Source: the human T2T-CHM13v2.0 reference genome, Homo sapiens | Assembly (NCBI RefSeq): GCF_009914755.1 | Contig: NC_060933.1 | Direction: 5' to 3' (one strand) | Length of the DNA: 64,000 nt | In this document: in pieces, positions 59,801-64,000 of the stretch | Position numbering within the stretch: the stretch's first letter is position 1 | How the letters are laid out: each line of letters starts with the position of its first letter | Made by a program: the position numbers and the translations under genes | Notes under the pieces: model-generated | Told to the model about the DNA's origin: nothing | Databases searched by the model: none | Seen by the model: the letters and a program-made list of their open reading frames with translations, nothing else

Positions 59801-60749
59801 CATTCCATTCCCTTCCTTTCCGTTCCATTCCATTCCATTCCATTCCATTCCGTTCCGTTCCATTCCATTCCATTCCATTCTATTCGGGTTAATTCCATTC
59901 CATTCCATTCGATTGCAATCGAGTTGATTCTATTCCATTCCATTCCATTCCATTCCATTCCATTCCATTCCTTTCCTTTCCATTCCATTACGGATGATTC
60001 CATTCCATTGCATTCCCTTCCATTCCATTCCCTTGTACTCGGGTTGATTCCATTCCATTCCATTCCAATCCATGCCATTCCACTCGTGTTGATTCCATTC
60101 TTTCCATTCCGTTCAAGTTGAATCCATTCCATTGCATTCCATTCCATTCCGTTCCCCGGCAGTCGGGTTGTTTCCATTCCATTCCATTCCATTCCATTCC
60201 ATTCCATTCCATTCCATTCCGTTCCGTTCCATTCCATTCCATTCCATTCCATTCCATTCTATTCGGGTTAATTCCATTCCATTCCATTCCATTCCATTCC
60301 ATTCCAATCGAGTTGATTCCATTCCATTCCATTCCATTCCATTCCACTCCATTCCAGTCCTTTCCATTCCATTCCACTCGGGTTGATTCCAATGTATGCC
60401 TTTCCATTCCATTCCATTCCATTGCAATCGAGTTGATTCCATTGCTTTGCATTCCATTGCATTCCATTCCATTCCGGATGATTCCATTCCATTGCATTCC
60501 ATTCCATTCCATTCCCCTGCACTCGGGTTGACTCCATTCCATTACACTCCATTCCGTTCCATTCCATTCCATTGCATTGTATTCGGGTTAATTCCATTCC
60601 ATTCCATTCCATTCCATTCCATTCCATTACAATCGAGTTGATTCCATTCCATTCCATTCCATTCCAGTCCTTTCCATTCCATTCCTCTCCGGTTGATTCC
60701 ATTCTATTAGTTTCCATTCCATTCCATTCCCTTCCATTCCACTCTGGTT

Positions 60750-63730
60750 GATTCCATTCCTTTCCATTCCACTCGAATACATTCCCTCCTATTCCACTCG
60801 GAACCATTCCATTCCATTCCATTCCATTCCATTTCGTTCCATTCCATTCTATTCAGTATCATTCCATTCCATTCCATTCCATTCCATTCCATTCCATTCC
60901 ATTCCATTCCATTCCATTGTACTCGGGTTGATTCAATTCCATTGCATTCCATTCCATTCCATTCCATTCCATTCCGTTGCATTCCATTCCATTACATTCG
61001 GATTGATTCTATTCATCTCCCTTACTCTCCATTACATTCAATTCCATTCTGGTTGTTCCATTCCATTCCATTCCATTCCATTCCATTCCATTGCACTCGG
61101 GTTGATTCCATTCCATTCCATTACATTCCATTCCATTCCGGATGATTCCATTCCATTGCATTCTGTTCCATTGCATTCCCCTGCACTCGCGTTGATTCCA
61201 TTCCATTGCATTCCATTCCATTCAATTCCATTCCACTACAATTCGTTCCATTCCATTCTATTCCGTACCATTCCATTCCATTCCATACCATTCCATTCCA
61301 TTCCATTCCATTCCATTCCGTTCCATTCCGTTCCATTCCATTCCATTCCATTCTATTCGAATTAATTCCATTCCATTCCATTCTATTCCATTCCATTCCA
61401 TTCTATTCCATTCCATTGCAATCGAGTTGAATCCATTGCATTTCATTCCATTCCATTCCATTCAATTCCATTCCGGAAGATTCCATTCCATTGCATTCCA
61501 TTCCATTCCATTCCCCTGCACTCGCGTTGATTCCATTCCATTCCATTCCATTCCATTCCATTCCATTCCATTCCATTCCATTCCTTTCCATTCCATTACG
61601 GATGATTCCATTCCATTGCATTCCATTCCTTTCCATTCCCCTGTACTCGGGTTGATTCCATTCCATTCCATTGCAATCCATGCCATTCCACTCGTGTTGA
61701 TTCCATTCTTTCCATTCCATTCAAGTTGAATCCATTCCATTACATTCCATTCCATTCGATTCCATTCGATTGCACTCGGGTTGATTCCATTCCATTGCAT
61801 TCCATTCCATTCCATTCCATTCCGTTCCATTCGGATTCATTCTATTCAATTCCCTTACACTCCATTACATTCCATTCCATTCGGGTAGTTTCCATTCCAT
61901 TCCATTCCATTCCTCTCCATTCCATTGCACTCGGGTTGATTCCATTCCTTTCCATTCCACTCGAATACATTCCCTCCTATTCCACTCGGACCGATTCCAT
62001 TCCATTCCATTCCACTCCATTCCATTCCATTCCATTCCATTCCATTCCATTCCATTTCGTTCCATTCCATTCTATTCCGTATCATTCCATTCCATTCCAT
62101 TCCATTCCATTCCATTCCATTGTACTCGGGTTGATTCAATTCCATTGCATTCCATTCCATTCCATTCCATTCCATTCCGTTGCATTCCATTCCATTACAT
62201 TCGGATTGATTCTATTCAACTCCCTTACTCTCCATTACATTCAATTCCATTCGGGTTGTTCCATTCCATTCCATTCCATTCCACTCCATTCCATTGCACT
62301 CGGGTTGATTCCATTCCATTCCATTCCATTCCATTCCGCATGATTCCATTCCATTGCATTCCGTTCCATTACATTCCCCTGCACTCGCGTTGATTCCATT
62401 CCATTCCATTTCATTCCATTCAATTCCATTCCATTACAATTCGTTCCATTCCATTCTATTCCGTATCATTCCATTCCATTCCATAACATTCCATTCCATT
62501 CCATTCCATTCCATTCCGTTCCATTCCGTTCCATTCCATTCCATTCCATTCTATTCGAATTAATTCCATTCCATTCCATTCCATTCCATTCTATTCCATT
62601 TCATTGCAATCGAGTTGAATCCATTGTATTTCATTCCATTCCTTTCCATTCCATTCCATTCCGGAAGATTCCATTCCATTGCATTCCATTCCATTCCATT
62701 CCCCTGCACTCGCATTGATTCCATTCCATTCCATTCCATTCCATTCCATTCCGTTCCTTTCCATTCCATTCCATTCCATTCCATTCCGTTCCGTTCCATT
62801 CCATTCCATTCCATTCTATTCGGGTTAATTCCATTCCATTCCATTCGATTGCAATCGAGTTGATTCCATTCCATTCCATTCCATTCCATTCCATTCCATT
62901 CCATTCCATTCCATTCCTTTCCATTCCATTACGGATGATTCCATTCCATTGCATTCCATTCCATTCCATTCCCCTGTAGTCGGGTTGATTCCATTCCATT
63001 CCATTCCAATCCATCCCCTTCCACTCGTGTTGATTCCATTCTTTCCATTCCATTCATGTTGAATCCATTCCATTGTATTCCATTCCATTCGATTCCATTC
63101 GATTGCACTCGGGTTGATTCCATTCCATTGCATTCAATTCCATTCCATTCCATTCCATTCCATTCCATTGTACTCGGGTTGATTCATTTCCATTGCATTC
63201 CATTCCATTCCATTCCATTCCATTCCATTCCGTTGCATTCCATTCCATTACATTCGGATTGATTGTATTCAACTCCCTTACTCTCCATTACATTCAATTC
63301 CATTCGGGTTGTTCCATTCCATTCCATTCCATTCCACTCCATTCCATTGCACTCGGGTTGATTCCATTCCATTCCATTCCATTCCATTCCATTCCGGATG
63401 ATTCCATTCCATTGCATTCCGTTCCATTACATTCCACTGCACTCGCGTTGATTCCATTCCATTCCATTCCATTCCATTCAATTCCATTCCATTACAATTC
63501 GTTCCATTCCATTCTATTCCGTACCATTCCATTCCATTCCATACCATTCCATTCCATTCCATTCCGTTCCATTCCGTTCCATTCCATTCCATTCCATTCT
63601 ATTCGAATTAATTCCATTCCATTCCATTCCATTCCATTCTATTCCATTCCATTGCAATCGAGTTGAATCCATTGCATTTCATTCCATTCCATTCCATTCC
63701 ATTCCATTCCATTCCGGAAGATTCCATTCC
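60750..63730 (+). repeat. Diverged ~1.05-1.2 kb tandem unit, about three copies
   Basis: CTATTCGAATTAATTCC at ~61353, 62551 and 63599. CCATTACATTCAATTCC and ACAATTCGTTCC recur in the same order in each copy. Confidence 0.8.
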
Positions 63731-64000
63731 ATTCCATTCCATTCCATTCCATTCCGTTCCGTTCCATTCCATTCCATTCCATTCCATTCCATTCCATTCC
63801 GTTCCGTTCCATTCCATTCCATTCCATTCTATTCGGGTTAATTCCATTCCATTCCATTCGATTGCAATCGAGTTGATTCCATTCCATTCCATTCCATTCC
63901 ATTCCCTTCCATTCCATTACTTTCCATTCCATTACGGATGATTCCATTCCATTGCATTCCATACCATTCCATTCCCCTATACTCGGGTTGATTCTATTCC

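Larger units (their letters stand above)
15733..63724. promoter_or_regulatory. Dispersed set of ~22 perfect three-unit heat-shock-element matches (TTCnnGAAnnTTC); motif match only, binding not shown
   Basis: TTCCGGAAGATTC / TTCCAGAAGATTC / TTCCTGAAGATTC starting at 15733, 20197, 23204, 30559, 33395, 36250, 36468, 40416, 40634, 42711, 45848, 46383, 46768, 50453, 51936, 53885, 56049, 58915, 59718, 61471, 62659 and 63712. The canonical HSF site is three alternating nGAAn units. Confidence 0.5.
1..64000 (+). repeat. Satellite III (HSat3-type) pericentromeric satellite array, C-rich strand on +, continuing beyond both window edges
   Basis: Seen: (CATTC)n throughout, interrupted every ~30-100 bp by ACTCGGGTTG/ATTCGGGTT(G/A) decamers, with no unique sequence or inversion. 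Established: (ATTCC)n plus A(C/T)TCGGGTTG is the classical Satellite III consensus, whereas HSat2 is dominated by CATTCGATTC units, which are only a minor variant here. Confidence 0.97.
13601..64000 (+). repeat. Right sub-domain (variant set B) of the satellite array
   Basis: First appearances, all recurring to the window end: TTCTATTAGTTTCC ~13647, CAACTCCCTTACTCTCC ~14059, GCACTCGCGTTG ~14243, TCGATTGCAATCGA 14442, TTACGGATGATTCC ~14516, ATTCTTTCCATTCCATTCAAGTTGAATCC ~14625, (GTTCC)n runs ~15591, GAAGATTCC ~15738. Confidence 0.7.

Noticed and set aside
1-64000. CRISPR-like repeat/spacer array (constant words separated by variable spacers)
   Set aside because: The spacers are pentamer tracts rather than unique sequences, there are no constant-length repeats or cas genes, and the DNA is eukaryotic satellite.
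1-64000. HSat2, alpha satellite/CENP-B boxes, or telomeric repeat
   Set aside because: CATTCGATTC units are rare. I saw no 171-bp monomer and no TTCGTTGGAA-type CENP-B box. TTAGGG appears only as isolated point variants (~49715, ~58641).

Overview
The whole 64 kb window is one uninterrupted, single-orientation array of pentameric (CATTC)n/(GGAAT)n satellite, punctuated by A(C/T)TCGGGTTG-type decamers. This is classical Satellite III (HSat3 in human; great-ape homologues look alike, so species and chromosome cannot be fixed from sequence alone). I see no gene, RNA gene, transposon or CRISPR array. All listed ORFs are poly-SIPFH / poly-MEWNG by-products of a stop-free pentamer. The real structure is internal: (i) a small vocabulary of non-pentamer 'words' in stereotyped order; (ii) a sub-family switch at about 13.6-14.6 kb; (iii) nested tandem duplications from 55 bp up to a near-perfect 4166 bp doublet; (iv) almost one-directional slips of the pentamer register; and (v) only right of the switch, about 22 perfect three-unit heat-shock elements (TTCnnGAAnnTTC) and about 20 copies of a perfect 14-bp palindrome (TCGATTGCAATCGA), set in a field of TEAD/M-CAT cores. 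The best candidate for a 'system' is a satellite-encoded transcription-factor platform, which is inference and untested. Coordinates and counts were read by eye and need computational confirmation.
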